Part shown: positions 9,483 to 19,396 of the stretch, one piece after another
How positions within the stretch are numbered: position 1 is the first letter of the stretch
How the letters are laid out: each line of letters opens with the position of its first letter
Assembly (NCBI GenBank): GCA_040878325.1
Contig: JBBDMM010000012.1
Location: 186,001 to 242,258, forward strand
DNA length: 56,258 nucleotides
Direction: 5' to 3'
Source: Acidimicrobiia bacterium
GTDB taxonomy: Bacteria > Actinomycetota > Acidimicrobiia > Spongiisociales > UBA11373
Position numbers and translations under genes: made by a program
The notes under the pieces: generated by a model
What the model was told of the DNA's origin: nothing
The model's database searches: none
Seen by the model: the letters and a program-made list of their open reading frames with translations, nothing else

Positions 9483-10415
9483 TCAGCCTGACGGCTGCAG
9501 ACGGTCGACCACCGCGGCGATCCCGTCTAGCGATGACACCGCGATCGCGTCGGCACTCTGTACCGACCTCTTCGCCAGACCTGCGGTTACATCGCCAGGG
9601 CCGACATGCACGAACACGTCCACACCGGCCGACTCCATTGACAGGATGGACTCGGCAAACCGCACCGGGGCGGTGAGTTGAGCCACCAACATCGGTCCCA
9701 CGTCGTCGCCGTGGGGCTCCGCGGTCACATTCGACCACACGGGGAAAGCCGCCGGCCGGGTGGTCACGGCGGCGACCGCTTGATCCAGCTCGCGGGCTGC
9801 CGCGGCCATGAACGGTGAGTGAAATGCGCCCGCGACCTTGAGCGGAATCGCTCGCCTGATGCCGAAGCGGGCCACATTCGCCTCGGCCCACTCGATGTCC
9901 TCGGCTCCCCCGGCGACGACGACCTGGCCCGGAGCATTGAGGTTGGCCACCCACAGCCGCCCGCCCTCCTCGCGTCGCGCCCCCGCCAACGCCTCCGCCG
10001 TCGCCGGATCAGCCCCGATGAGCGCTGCCATCCCCGACTCCTCATGGTCGGCCGCCGCCGCCATCGCCTGCCCTCGCGCCGCCACGAGGCGGAGACCATC
10101 GAAGAAGTCGACCACCCCGGAGGCGGCAAGGGCGGTGTACTCACCGAGGGAGTGCCCACCGGCGGAGACGGGAGGGCGGGCGAGCCGCGTTTCTAGTTCC
10201 CTCCACAGTGCGAAAGCCACCGCGTACAGGGCGGGTTGGGCGCGCTCGGTGCGGGTGAGCGCCTCTTCGGGGCCCTCGAGGCACATTGCCTGCAGCGACC
10301 ATCCCAGAATCTCGTCGGCGGGTGGACCGAGGAGGTCGGGATTGCGCTCGAACAGGTCGGCCCCCATCCCGACGACCTGGCTGCCCTGGCCGGGGAAGAG
10401 GACCGCGTAGTTCAT
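9483..10415 (-). CDS. fabD: Malonyl-CoA:ACP transacylase
   Basis: FPGQGSQ, GHSLGEY, AFHS. Confidence 0.95.
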   Translation of the reverse strand: MNYAVLFPGQGSQVVGMGADLFERNPDLLGPPADEILGWSLQAMCLEGPEEALTRTERAQPALYAVAFALWRELETRLARPPVSAGGHSLGEYTALAASGVVDFFDGLRLVAARGQAMAAAADHEESGMAALIGADPATAEALAGARREEGGRLWVANLNAPGQVVVAGGAEDIEWAEANVARFGIRRAIPLKVAGAFHSPFMAAAARELDQAVAAVTTRPAAFPVWSNVTAEPHGDDVGPMLVAQLTAPVRFAESILSMESAGVDVFVHVGPGDVTAGLAKRSVQSADAIAVSSLDGIAAVVDRLQPSG

Positions 10416-10422
10416 ACCCGCC

Positions 10423-11106
10423 TCACTTCCAGCGCGAGGCGTGCTTCACCTCGAGGCCGCCGAGCGCGCACAGCGCCTGGATCTCGAGGCGCGGTGCGCC
10501 CGCGCCGCCGAGCGCCCGCTCGGTGGTGTCGTCCCACCCCCCCATCAACGGCAGTCCGCGGATCTCCACGACCCAGCCCCGCGGGACCATGATCACCACG
10601 CTTCCGAGGATCGCCGTCACCGAGATCTCGGCCCCCTCGGCCGTGGGCAGCGCCTCGTTCAGGTCGAGCGTCACCCCCCCGAGTACGGCCGTCAAGCTGG
10701 CGCGACGAAAAGACTTGGAACGAGTCGTGTGGAGGGCCGACCCGAGAATCGCGATGCCGTCGATCTCGTCGTCGTCGGCAGGACGCCGACCGAGCCGCTT
10801 CCCCCAGCCGACCATCAGCCAGAGCCCGATGAGCACCAGGGCGGCCGGCCAGACGTAGCCCCAGGCGTCATCGCCCAATAGGCCGGTGGTGACGCCGAGC
10901 AGGGCGAGTCCGATGCCGATGAGCGCCAGTGCCCCGCCGGTCACCCGATTGCCCGAGATGGCGTGAAACACCCCAAGGGCGGCGATCGCCGCAGGCCACC
11001 ACCCGGCGACGGCGTCGCCCGCGTCGAGTACATCCACCGAATCGAGAAAGAACAGAACACCGACGGCAGCAAGCACGCTCCCGGCGAGCAGCCTTCCGGC
11101 GTTCAC
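10423..11106 (-). CDS. LiaF-like membrane protein (cell-envelope stress)
   Basis: Four N-terminal TMs with WP motifs plus a beta-rich C-terminus ([15 protein letters not shown]). Confidence 0.7.
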   Translation of the reverse strand: MNAGRLLAGSVLAAVGVLFFLDSVDVLDAGDAVAGWWPAAIAALGVFHAISGNRVTGGALALIGIGLALLGVTTGLLGDDAWGYVWPAALVLIGLWLMVGWGKRLGRRPADDDEIDGIAILGSALHTTRSKSFRRASLTAVLGGVTLDLNEALPTAEGAEISVTAILGSVVIMVPRGWVVEIRGLPLMGGWDDTTERALGGAGAPRLEIQALCALGGLEVKHASRWK

Positions 11107-11471
11107 CGCGCCACCGCCCTGGCGGCAAGGCGCAGACGGCTCGGCACGAAGCGACCCGCCAGGGCGAGGGCACCGAGCAATGCATCGAGCGCAGCCGGGG
11201 ACCCGTCCCAGTGCTCCCGCACGATGTCGTCGCCGGCAGCCTCCACCAGTCGGGTGAGCGCCAGCACCGCGATGGCGGCGTCGTCCACCTTGCCCAGCAC
11301 CGGAATCCGGTCGGGGATCAGGTCGATCGGCAGTACCGCGTAGGCGAGAGCCAGACCTGCTCCGACCCGATGCTTACGATCGATTCGTTCGTCCCGCGCC
11401 AGCCGCACCACGAGCTTGGCAAAGGCGGGCACCGCGGTCACTGCCTGCCGGGCGGTATCGACCCAGGTCAT
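11103..11471 (-). CDS. YkvA/DUF1232 family protein
   Basis: [21 protein letters not shown]. Confidence 0.9.
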   Translation of the reverse strand: MTWVDTARQAVTAVPAFAKLVVRLARDERIDRKHRVGAGLALAYAVLPIDLIPDRIPVLGKVDDAAIAVLALTRLVEAAGDDIVREHWDGSPAALDALLGALALAGRFVPSRLRLAARAVAR

Positions 11472-12379
11472 GCTGGCGCTCCTGCAAGAAGGGCTGCGCC
11501 GACGATTCCGGCACGATTGCCGAATGCCGCCGCTACCACCGGCGTTTCCGGACGATGACGCTGCCCACTGAGGGATTCCTTCAACGCGGCACGCGCCGGT
11601 GCGAGCAACGGCTCACCGATCGCACCGACACCGCCACCAACCACTATCACGTCAGGGTCGAACACGACCACCATGTTGGCCAGACCCCGGCCAAAATGCA
11701 CGGCGAACTCCTCGAACGCCGCGCCGGCCGGCCCGTCACCGGCAGATGCCGCCTCGGCGAGGTGGCGTCCCGAGGGAACCGCAGCACCGGCCAGACCGGC
11801 GACCATCGAGGTCGGATCGCCCGCGGCGAGTGCCCGCGCCGCCCGATCGAGCGCCGTTCCCGACGCAAGCGCCTCCCAGCAGCCGAAGTTGCCGCACGAG
11901 CACCGGGGCCCAGCGGGATTCATGATGACGTGGCCGATCTCTCCGAGAAACCCCCGGCCGTGTTCGATACGACCGTCGATCACAAGACCTCCGCCGATTC
12001 CGGTGCCGATCGTGACCATGAGCACCATGCGGTGGCCCCTACCGGCGCCAGCGGTGGCCTCGGCCAGTCCGGCGACATTGGCGTCGTTGTCCACCGCGAC
12101 GGGCACCCCCAACGCCGCCGACACGGGCGCGGCGATCGGCGTCCCGGCGTCGCGGTGAGGCATCCACACGAGGTCTCCATCTCGGATCAACCCGGCGATC
12201 GACACTCCCACGGCGGAGAACCCCACTCCCAGCCCGGCCACAACGCCGGCGATCGTCGTCGGAATGTCGGCGGCGTGTGCCGGGGTGGCCACGGTCACCG
12301 GCGTGGACCGGTCGGTGGCCCGCTCGACCAACGCGGCCGAGAGGTTGGTGCCTCCACAGTCGATTGCCACCACTGCCAT
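11468..12379 (-). CDS. ROK-family sugar kinase (glucokinase-like)
   Basis: [31 protein letters not shown]. Confidence 0.9.
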   Translation of the reverse strand: MAVVAIDCGGTNLSAALVERATDRSTPVTVATPAHAADIPTTIAGVVAGLGVGFSAVGVSIAGLIRDGDLVWMPHRDAGTPIAAPVSAALGVPVAVDNDANVAGLAEATAGAGRGHRMVLMVTIGTGIGGGLVIDGRIEHGRGFLGEIGHVIMNPAGPRCSCGNFGCWEALASGTALDRAARALAAGDPTSMVAGLAGAAVPSGRHLAEAASAGDGPAGAAFEEFAVHFGRGLANMVVVFDPDVIVVGGGVGAIGEPLLAPARAALKESLSGQRHRPETPVVAAAFGNRAGIVGAALLAGAPA

Positions 12380-12494
12380 GCGTGTGGTCCTCCCACCGGG
12401 AACCCGAGAATATTCGCCGGCCCGCCAGATGATCCTCGTCGCCCCGACGTATCCAGATGAATGCGGATGTGAACTGAGCGGTGGTTGGTGCCGG

Positions 12495-12680
12495 CTATTC
12501 GACTTCGATGTGCTGGGGCCCGTCGTCCCGTCCGGGATCCCCGTCGTCGCGCACCTTCCCCACCTCTTCGAGAAAGGCGCTGAGCCCGGCGACGACCTCG
12601 ATCGCCGCCTTCATCAGATGAACGGCGGCGCGCTGCGCGCCCCGGCGGGCGGCGTCACCGAGGTCCTCGGGTTCATCCAC
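12495..12680 (-). CDS. Small hypothetical protein downstream of ArsA
   Basis: 61-aa ORF overlapping the ArsA stop; ends QHIEVE; occupies the usual slot between ArsA and ROK. Confidence 0.6.
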   Translation of the reverse strand: MDEPEDLGDAARRGAQRAAVHLMKAAIEVVAGLSAFLEEVGKVRDDGDPGRDDGPQHIEVE

Positions 12681-13845
12681 GGGGAACCCCGAAGCGCACC
12701 CATAGCTCGCCTTCCATCAACTTGGCTCCTACCACCTCGCGCCGTCGCAGCGAGTCGGGCAGCACCAGCGACCGGCGGTAGGGCCCGACAGTTATGTAGA
12801 CCTCATCGGCACGGCGCATCACATCCACCTCTCCCTTCTCGGCGAACGGCAGGAACAGCGCCAGCACGACGTCCTCACCCTCCTCGAACACCCGGAACGG
12901 CGTGCTGGTGGCAAGCCGATCGGTCGGGTCGAGGTCTGCGTAGAGCTCCTCGGCCAACAGACGTAGCTTGGCGACGCCGACCATTTCCTCATCGAAGAGG
13001 CGCAGGCGCAGCAACGACAGGTCGGCAAAGGCCTCCTCGACGGTCTCGAGGTGCTCGGCCTGCAGCTCGCGCCACCGCTTGAAGTACGGATCGGTGACAG
13101 CCTCCGGGATGATGCGGTTGACGATGGCGGCATCGACGGCGTAGCCGAAGAGGCCCAGGTAGGTGTAGGTGCGCCGTGCCTCTGCGACGACCATCTTCTC
13201 AAGGTTCATCACCAGGCGGGCGCTGGTGATCTCCGGGTCCACCAGGACGCGGCGAACACCCTCGATGCGCGCGTAGAACCCCTCGCCCGCCTTGAACACG
13301 TCGTCTCCGGGGATCGGCATCGAGATCACCCTCGACAGCACCGGCCGCACCACCTTGGCGACCCGCCGCTCGAGCGGAAACAGCTTTTCCATGTACCAGC
13401 CGAGCGCATCGGGCAGGCTCAACAGCCGGAGAGTCTCGGCGGTCGGGGCGCAATCGACCACGATCACGTCGTAGGTCCCCGACGCGACATGGTCCTGGAC
13501 CTCGGCGAGGGCGAACAACTCGTCCATGCCGGGGAACACCACCAGTTCTTCAGCGGCGATGCCGCTGGCGCCGCCCCAGTCGAACAGGTCGGCCAGATAG
13601 TCCCGCACCGTGCCCCAATGGCTTTCGAGGCGACGCTGGGCGTCGATCTGCTGCCCGTCCAACCCCGCCGAAATCGCCGTCGGCTCGTCGCCGAGCGGGA
13701 CGTCGAAGGCGTCGCTCAGGCTGTGGGCGGGATCGGTGGACATGACCAGGGTGCGATGCCCCAGGTCTGCCGCCCGCAACGCGGTGGCGGCCGCAACCGT
13801 CGTCTTGCCGACGCCACCCTTGCCGGTGATGAGGAGCACCCTCAC
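12673..13845 (-). CDS. ArsA/GET3-family ATPase with C-terminal HSP20-like domain
   Basis: GKGGVGKT, STDPAHSL, DCAPT; beta-rich tail. Confidence 0.9.
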   Translation of the reverse strand: MRVLLITGKGGVGKTTVAAATALRAADLGHRTLVMSTDPAHSLSDAFDVPLGDEPTAISAGLDGQQIDAQRRLESHWGTVRDYLADLFDWGGASGIAAEELVVFPGMDELFALAEVQDHVASGTYDVIVVDCAPTAETLRLLSLPDALGWYMEKLFPLERRVAKVVRPVLSRVISMPIPGDDVFKAGEGFYARIEGVRRVLVDPEITSARLVMNLEKMVVAEARRTYTYLGLFGYAVDAAIVNRIIPEAVTDPYFKRWRELQAEHLETVEEAFADLSLLRLRLFDEEMVGVAKLRLLAEELYADLDPTDRLATSTPFRVFEEGEDVVLALFLPFAEKGEVDVMRRADEVYITVGPYRRSLVLPDSLRRREVVGAKLMEGELWVRFGVPRG

Positions 13846-14291
13846 CCGTCGGCCTCTTCCATCTCCTCAGCCCGTCGACGCAGGCCGCGCAGCGCCGCCT
13901 GGACTATTTGCTTCTCCGCCTGCCTGCGGAGGAAGCCGGGGACCACGAAAGCCGGCTCGACCCTGAGTGCGTAGACGATCTCGGTACCGCCCTCTTCACG
14001 AAGGTTGAACTCGTAGTACCCCTCCATGTCTTTGATATCGGGTCCGGGAACCGCGTTCCACGACATCCGGCGGGGTTCGTCGTACTCGTACTGCAACTCG
14101 TACGAGATCTTCTTGATGTACCCGTCGACCTCGAAGCGGGCCCGCCGCGGCCGCCCGGCACCGTCGACCTCGAGAATCTCGACGGCGGACACCCCGGTGG
14201 CCCATTCCGGGTAGGCAGCCAGGTCGGCGGCGACGGCAAAGACGCGCTCCGGCGGGGCAGATGCCTCGGTCGAGCGCACGGTTCCTTCCAT
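13842..14291 (-). CDS. SRPBCC (polyketide cyclase/START) family protein
   Basis: VAADLAAYPEW...; TAGTGT 7 nt before ATG. Confidence 0.85.
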   Translation of the reverse strand: MEGTVRSTEASAPPERVFAVAADLAAYPEWATGVSAVEILEVDGAGRPRRARFEVDGYIKKISYELQYEYDEPRRMSWNAVPGPDIKDMEGYYEFNLREEGGTEIVYALRVEPAFVVPGFLRRQAEKQIVQAALRGLRRRAEEMEEADG

Positions 14292-14348
14292 GGACGCGAC
14301 ACTAGCGATGGCAGGTGACTGCCTTTCAGGCGATCGGCGCCCGGCCGA

Positions 14349-15113
14349 TCACCGCACGTCCGGCACATGGCGAACCGGGCTCTTGGTGGCTCGGAAGTAC
14401 CCGACGTTCCTGCACCAGGTCGACCCGACCCGCCACGAGATCGCCTGCGGCTGGTGGATGTCGCCGAAGTAGTGCCACCGGGGACGGTGCTCGAGCAGGT
14501 AATCCAGCACCGCCGCCGACTGTTTGGGCCTCCCCCCAACCACGTCCTGACTCAAAGGACGCACCGCCGGGGCGACATGGGTGCACAGCATGTCGACAGG
14601 ACCAAGGGAGTCGAGCTTCCGGGCGAGGGCCTCCTCCTCGATTTCACCGGGGACACCGATCGAGGCAATGCCTCCTCCGGCGAAGCCGACGCGGAGGCCC
14701 TCGAGGTCGATCACCTCACCGTCGACGAAGCGGGACCCGGGAGGCAGGCAATCACGGAGCATGTCGGGGCGGTCCACGTTCCCGTAGATCACATACGACT
14801 CACTGCCTTCGAGCGCGGCGCGCGTGAGCAGGTAGTCGGCTGCGATCCGCTCGTCATACCGCCGGCGGATCGTGTCCTCCTGCCCGGCGGTAAAGCCTCG
14901 CCACAGTGCTCGGGCCGCCTCGTGCTCCCCCTGCTCCCGCAGGTCGGTCAATTCGGCCACGAACTCGCGTCCGGCGATGTCGGCGAGCATCCCCTCCAGG
15001 GTGCGGTAGTCGACGAAGTTGAGGAGGTCGCCGAGGATCAACAGGGGCTCTCCCCGCGCCGCCACCTGCGCCAGAGCCTCGAATTCCCCGTGGACGTCGG
15101 ATACCAACAGCAT
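14349..15113 (-). CDS. Metallophosphoesterase
   Basis: SDVHG, LGDL, GNVD, TH, GDIH motifs. Confidence 0.85.
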   Translation of the reverse strand: MLLVSDVHGEFEALAQVAARGEPLLILGDLLNFVDYRTLEGMLADIAGREFVAELTDLREQGEHEAARALWRGFTAGQEDTIRRRYDERIAADYLLTRAALEGSESYVIYGNVDRPDMLRDCLPPGSRFVDGEVIDLEGLRVGFAGGGIASIGVPGEIEEEALARKLDSLGPVDMLCTHVAPAVRPLSQDVVGGRPKQSAAVLDYLLEHRPRWHYFGDIHQPQAISWRVGSTWCRNVGYFRATKSPVRHVPDVR

Positions 15114-15121
15114 CAGGGCCC

Positions 15122-16225
15122 CTAAGAAATAGCCGACGCGCCGGCGCGAGACGCCTCGACCGATCCGGCGTCGACGGCCGCCCGGAGGGCGGCATCGGTG
15201 GCGGCTCGGAGCGCGGCAGCGGCTCGGGCACCGCCGATCCGCCCGAGCGCCCACGCCGCGTGCTCCCGGAGCATCGGGTCGCGGTGCGCGGCGAACCCCG
15301 CCAGCACGCCCACGGCGTCCTCTCCCCCGGTGTTGCCGAGGGCCACCAGGGCGTTTCGCCGGAGATACTTCACATCGTTGCGGGGCACGTAGAAGCGTTC
15401 ATAGCGCGTCCGCAGCGTCTGGTCATCGGAACCGAGGAGGGTGAGCAAGTCGACCCTGCCCCGCCCGGCAGCGCCGCCGGCGATGGCGCGATGTCCCGGC
15501 GGGCACGCCTCGAGGCAATCGTCGCATCCATAGACCCGATCTCCCATCGGCTCGCGAAGCTCGGTCGGGATCGAACCCGGTGCCTGCGCCCAATGGGCGA
15601 GGCATCGACGCGCGTCGAGGATTCCGGGAGCGACGATCGCTCCCGTGGGACAAGCGGGAATGCAGGCATCGCAGGTCCCGCAGTCTCGCCTCATTGGTGA
15701 GTCGACATCCAGGGACGCGTCCGTGACCACGCTGCCGAGCAGCACCCAGGGGCCGGCACCTGGGACGAGCACCATGCTGCTCTTGCCCCACCACCCGACG
15801 CCGGCGCGTACGGCGGCCGCTCGATCGACCAGTCGGTTGTCGTCGACCAGCACCTCGGCCCGATGCCCCTCCGCCCGCAACATCGCCGCGATCCCTCCCA
15901 GCACCGCTCGCAGCGGGGCGTAGTGATCGTCCTCGGCGAATCGCGCCACCCGGCCCGTTCCCCGGGTCGGCGGTCCCGGGCTGCCTGCATCCGCGGCGTA
16001 CCGGTGGGCCCCCACCAGCAGGCGACGCGCCCACGGGAACGATCGGGTGGGGGCGGCGGACGTTGCCGGGTCGGCAAAGGTGAACTTCAGCTTTCCCGAC
16101 CGTCCCGAAGCCACGGCCTCTTCGAGATCCTTCCCGGTGTCCTCGAACGGCGCTGCCTCACAGATGCCAAAGCCGGCCAGCCCCGACTCCAGCGCCAATG
16201 CCCTGATCCGTGCTCCGAGTTCCAC
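15122..16225 (-). CDS. queG: Epoxyqueuosine reductase
   Basis: CGTCDACIPACPTGA and GCDDCLEACP Fe-S motifs, GWWGK, HEAT-like tail RRNALVALGN; TACCCT 7 nt before GTG 16225. Confidence 0.85.
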   Translation of the reverse strand: MELGARIRALALESGLAGFGICEAAPFEDTGKDLEEAVASGRSGKLKFTFADPATSAAPTRSFPWARRLLVGAHRYAADAGSPGPPTRGTGRVARFAEDDHYAPLRAVLGGIAAMLRAEGHRAEVLVDDNRLVDRAAAVRAGVGWWGKSSMVLVPGAGPWVLLGSVVTDASLDVDSPMRRDCGTCDACIPACPTGAIVAPGILDARRCLAHWAQAPGSIPTELREPMGDRVYGCDDCLEACPPGHRAIAGGAAGRGRVDLLTLLGSDDQTLRTRYERFYVPRNDVKYLRRNALVALGNTGGEDAVGVLAGFAAHRDPMLREHAAWALGRIGGARAAAALRAATDAALRAAVDAGSVEASRAGASAIS

Positions 16226-16278
16226 AGGGGCGAGGGTAGGGAGTCGCCAGTCACCAGTCACCAGTAGGAGGGCCCCGC

Positions 16279-16470
16279 CTACTCGTTGGAGGCTCGGCGG
16301 ATCAGGCGTAGTTCGGGGACCAGGCCTACGTCGGCGAGGACCTCGAGGGCGGCTGCCTGATCGAGGTCGACCTCGATCGGTCCCAGCATGTCGCCGAGGA
16401 GCATGGTCACCACGCAGTCGTGACACGCCGCGGTGTGCTGCGCCACGCACTCGTTGCAGTCGATCAACAT
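16279..16470 (-). CDS. Small Cys-rich hypothetical protein (CxxC...CxxC)
   Basis: MLIDCNECVAQHTAACHDCVVT...GLVPELRL; GGAGGAGG RBS. Confidence 0.8.
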   Translation of the reverse strand: MLIDCNECVAQHTAACHDCVVTMLLGDMLGPIEVDLDQAAALEVLADVGLVPELRLIRRASNE

Positions 16471-16499
16471 TTCGGCCTCCTCCATGTCGCCACGAGGAG

Positions 16500-16522
16500 A
16501 AGATACGAAACGGGTATGACAA
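16500..16522 (-). promoter_or_regulatory. RecA-NDp/PafBC-type promoter
   Basis: Minus strand TTGTCA-tac-N8-TATCTT matches the spacing of tTGTCRgtg-N8-TAnnnT. Confidence 0.6.
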
Positions 16523-16586
16523 GAACGGGGGGTGCTACGCCCCCTTGTGCCACCTACTACCTACTCCTGCTACCTGCCACCTGCAC

Positions 16587-17813
16587 TCAGCCCCGCTTTC
16601 GTGCCCAGGCGACCAGGGCGTCGGACCACAGGGCGAGGGCGCCGGTGCGTTCGGCTCGCTCCCGAACTGCGCGGTCGTTGGTGATCACCACACAACGACT
16701 CCGCCGGGCGGCGATGTCCACCACCACGTCATCGGCCTCGATCCCGGCCGGGGCGAAGACCACCTCGATTCCACCCCCCGGCTTCCGAGAGCCTTGTTGT
16801 TCGGCTTTCGAATCCCACACCACGGTGACGGTCATGGCGGGACCGCCGAGGGAACGCAGCCGGCGAAGATGGGGCTCGAGACGAGACCGGACCTCGGCCG
16901 CAGTCCCCGGCCCGAGGGCGAGGCCGGCGTTGTAGCCGTCGACGATGACCGCCACCCGACCCCCCATTCGGGCCACCGCGTCGATCGCCTCGGGTGAATC
17001 GGGCCCGACCCCGACCGGAAGCTGCAGTCTCTCCTCGGCGGGCAAGGGGCCTGGGTCGGTAGCACCCACCCGCCGTGACCGCGCCATCAAGTCGTCGAGG
17101 TGCCGCGCCAGGTCGATCGGATCGGTTCCGAGCCACCCCGGCCCGGTTTCGGCCTCTACCGCCCTCGCCTCGGAGTCCCCTGCGGAACGGCGCAACCGGC
17201 GGACCTCCTCGCCGGCGTTCTTCACCTTGTTCTCCAGGTCGGTGATGAGCCGCTGGAGCTGCTCGACTTCGGCGGCGTGGTCTGTCTCGGCGCGCCTTCG
17301 CGCCGCGGTCTCCTTCGCACCGGCCGCCTTCGTGGCTCGATCGGGAGCCCGCACCGCCTTCTCGGCCTTGGCACGTTCGGTCGTCGCGGTCTCCAGCTTC
17401 TTCTGGAGATCACGGGCCTTGGCCTTCCAGGCGTCGCGGTCCTTGACCAGCTCGTCACGCCCACCGTCGCTCGGCTCTCGGCCCTCCCCCACGGCCGACG
17501 CCACCGCCTCACCCACCACCCCCACCAGGTCGGCCGCCCATCCCTCGGGTCGGACGAGAAAGAGCGCCGACGCCCGGTGCGGACCCGGCTTCACCGGGTC
17601 GGCATCCGGCCACTGCTCGAGAGCCCGCGTTCGCAGCCAGTCGATCCGATCGAGTTCACGGGTGAGGCGGCGGGCGAGGTCGGGAGTGAAATCACCGGCA
17701 TGACCCACCACCTGCCGCAGCTTCGCCGGCACCTGGTCGGCGTCGAGATCGGCGAGTGCAGCCCGCGCCGAGTCGAGCGCCTTGCCCAGCACCGAAGTCA
17801 ACTTGAAACGCAC
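16587..17813 (-). CDS. NYN (YacP-like) ribonuclease-domain protein with coiled coil
   Basis: IVDGYN, VVWD, EADDVV, TNDR; TAGCGT 7 nt before GTG 17813. Confidence 0.85.
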   Translation of the reverse strand: MRFKLTSVLGKALDSARAALADLDADQVPAKLRQVVGHAGDFTPDLARRLTRELDRIDWLRTRALEQWPDADPVKPGPHRASALFLVRPEGWAADLVGVVGEAVASAVGEGREPSDGGRDELVKDRDAWKAKARDLQKKLETATTERAKAEKAVRAPDRATKAAGAKETAARRRAETDHAAEVEQLQRLITDLENKVKNAGEEVRRLRRSAGDSEARAVEAETGPGWLGTDPIDLARHLDDLMARSRRVGATDPGPLPAEERLQLPVGVGPDSPEAIDAVARMGGRVAVIVDGYNAGLALGPGTAAEVRSRLEPHLRRLRSLGGPAMTVTVVWDSKAEQQGSRKPGGGIEVVFAPAGIEADDVVVDIAARRSRCVVITNDRAVRERAERTGALALWSDALVAWARKRG

Positions 17814-17869
17814 CGGGCCGACGCTACCGGGCGTAATGGTGTACCGGGGGCACCGGTATTGTCCGGCGA

Positions 17870-19342
17870 ATGGCCCGTCTCCCCGTCGTCGTCTTGCTGG
17901 GCGCGCTCGCCCTTCCCGGCTGCGGCGACGACGGTGCTGTGACGTACACGCCTGGCACCCTCCCCACCACCCTCGCTCCGGCCACGACGACCTCGAGCAC
18001 CACATCCGGCAGCACCACCACATTGCCCGGTGAGGTCGGGAGCCGCGGAGTCGGCGATTCGTATTTTCCCAACCTCGGCAATGGGGGCTACGACGTCGAG
18101 CACTATCTAATCGAGACCACCGTTGACCCCGAGACCGGTGAGATCACCGCCGGCAGCACCACCATCACTGCAGTGGCGACGGTGGACCTCGCCGGGTTCT
18201 TCGTCGACTTTCGCAGCCTGGAAATCCTCGATCTCCAGGTCGACGGTGGCCCCGCCGTGTACGAAGTGGTGGGGGCCGACGTCAGGATCACGCCCGCGGC
18301 GACGATTCCGGCAGGCGAGGAGTTCGTCGTCTGGTTCGAGTACCGCGGCCGACCCGGACTCACCGTCTTGCCCGGCCTCGACCTCGACTCCGGCTGGATC
18401 TTCAACGCCGAGGGCGTCTACGTCGTCGCCGAGCCTGACGGCGCCCACACCTGGTTTCCCGGGAGCGATCATCCCCGTGACAAGGCCCGTTTCACGATCA
18501 TCACCACCGTGCCCGAGCCCTTCGTGGTCGCGTCGAACGGTGTTCTCGTCGGCGAAAGCAGCGCCGACGGCATGACCACGTTCATCTGGGAGATGAACCA
18601 CCCGATGGCCACCTACCTGGCCACGATCGTCGTGGCCGAAATGGTGCGAATCGAGTCCGACCCGGTCAATGGGATCGAGATCAGGGATTACCTGCCCACC
18701 GACATCTCCGGCCGCCTCCCGCAGGCGTTCGAACGGACCGGGGAGTGGCTGGTGCTCTTCGAGTCATGGTTCGGGCCTTATCCCTTCGATTCATACGGTC
18801 ATGTGGTGGTGTCGGACTTCGGCGCCGCCCTCGAGACCCAGACGATGACCGTGATGGACCGGCGGACCCTGAAGGAGGTCGTGGTGGTCCACGAGCTCGC
18901 CCATCAGTGGTTCGGCAACTCGGTCTCGGTCGACTCGTGGCACGACATCTGGCTCAACGAGGGGTTCGCCACGTTCGCCGAGCTCCTGTGGATAGAGCAC
19001 GAACTCGGACGCGAGGCGATGGAAGCCGAGGCCGCCACCCGCTATTCGATCGTCCAGGAGCGCACCTATGACCCCATCGCCGACCCGGGAGCCGACAACC
19101 TCTTCGGCCTGGCGGTGTACTGGCGCGGAGGACTCGCCCTCCATGCCCTGCGGGTGGAGGTGGGCGACGAGGTGATGCGGGAGATCCTCCAGACTTATGC
19201 GGCGCGTTTCGCCGACGGCAACGCTTCGACGGAAGATTTCATCGCGCTCGCAACCGAGGTGTCCGGGAAAGACCTCGCCGCCCTCTTCGATGCCTGGCTC
19301 TACCAGACCGACCTGCCACCGCTCCCGTCGCTCGAGGGATGA
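17870..19342 (+). CDS. M1-family metallopeptidase, lipoprotein
   Basis: Lipobox LPGC, Thr-rich linker, HELAHQWFG...WLNEGFAT. Confidence 0.9.
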   Translation: MARLPVVVLLGALALPGCGDDGAVTYTPGTLPTTLAPATTTSSTTSGSTTTLPGEVGSRGVGDSYFPNLGNGGYDVEHYLIETTVDPETGEITAGSTTITAVATVDLAGFFVDFRSLEILDLQVDGGPAVYEVVGADVRITPAATIPAGEEFVVWFEYRGRPGLTVLPGLDLDSGWIFNAEGVYVVAEPDGAHTWFPGSDHPRDKARFTIITTVPEPFVVASNGVLVGESSADGMTTFIWEMNHPMATYLATIVVAEMVRIESDPVNGIEIRDYLPTDISGRLPQAFERTGEWLVLFESWFGPYPFDSYGHVVVSDFGAALETQTMTVMDRRTLKEVVVVHELAHQWFGNSVSVDSWHDIWLNEGFATFAELLWIEHELGREAMEAEAATRYSIVQERTYDPIADPGADNLFGLAVYWRGGLALHALRVEVGDEVMREILQTYAARFADGNASTEDFIALATEVSGKDLAALFDAWLYQTDLPPLPSLEG

Positions 19343-19396
19343 ACGAGGGGTGAACCCCCGTGTGTAACTTGGCCTCAGCCGCAAGCGAGGAGAAGC

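Noticed and set aside
6091..10415. Type II polyketide cluster
   Set aside because: Ordinary FAS-II gene set; no chain-length factor.
12673..13845. Arsenic-resistance locus
   Set aside because: Single-domain ArsA/GET3-like ATPase in the SRPBCC-ROK context; no arsB, arsC, arsD or arsR.
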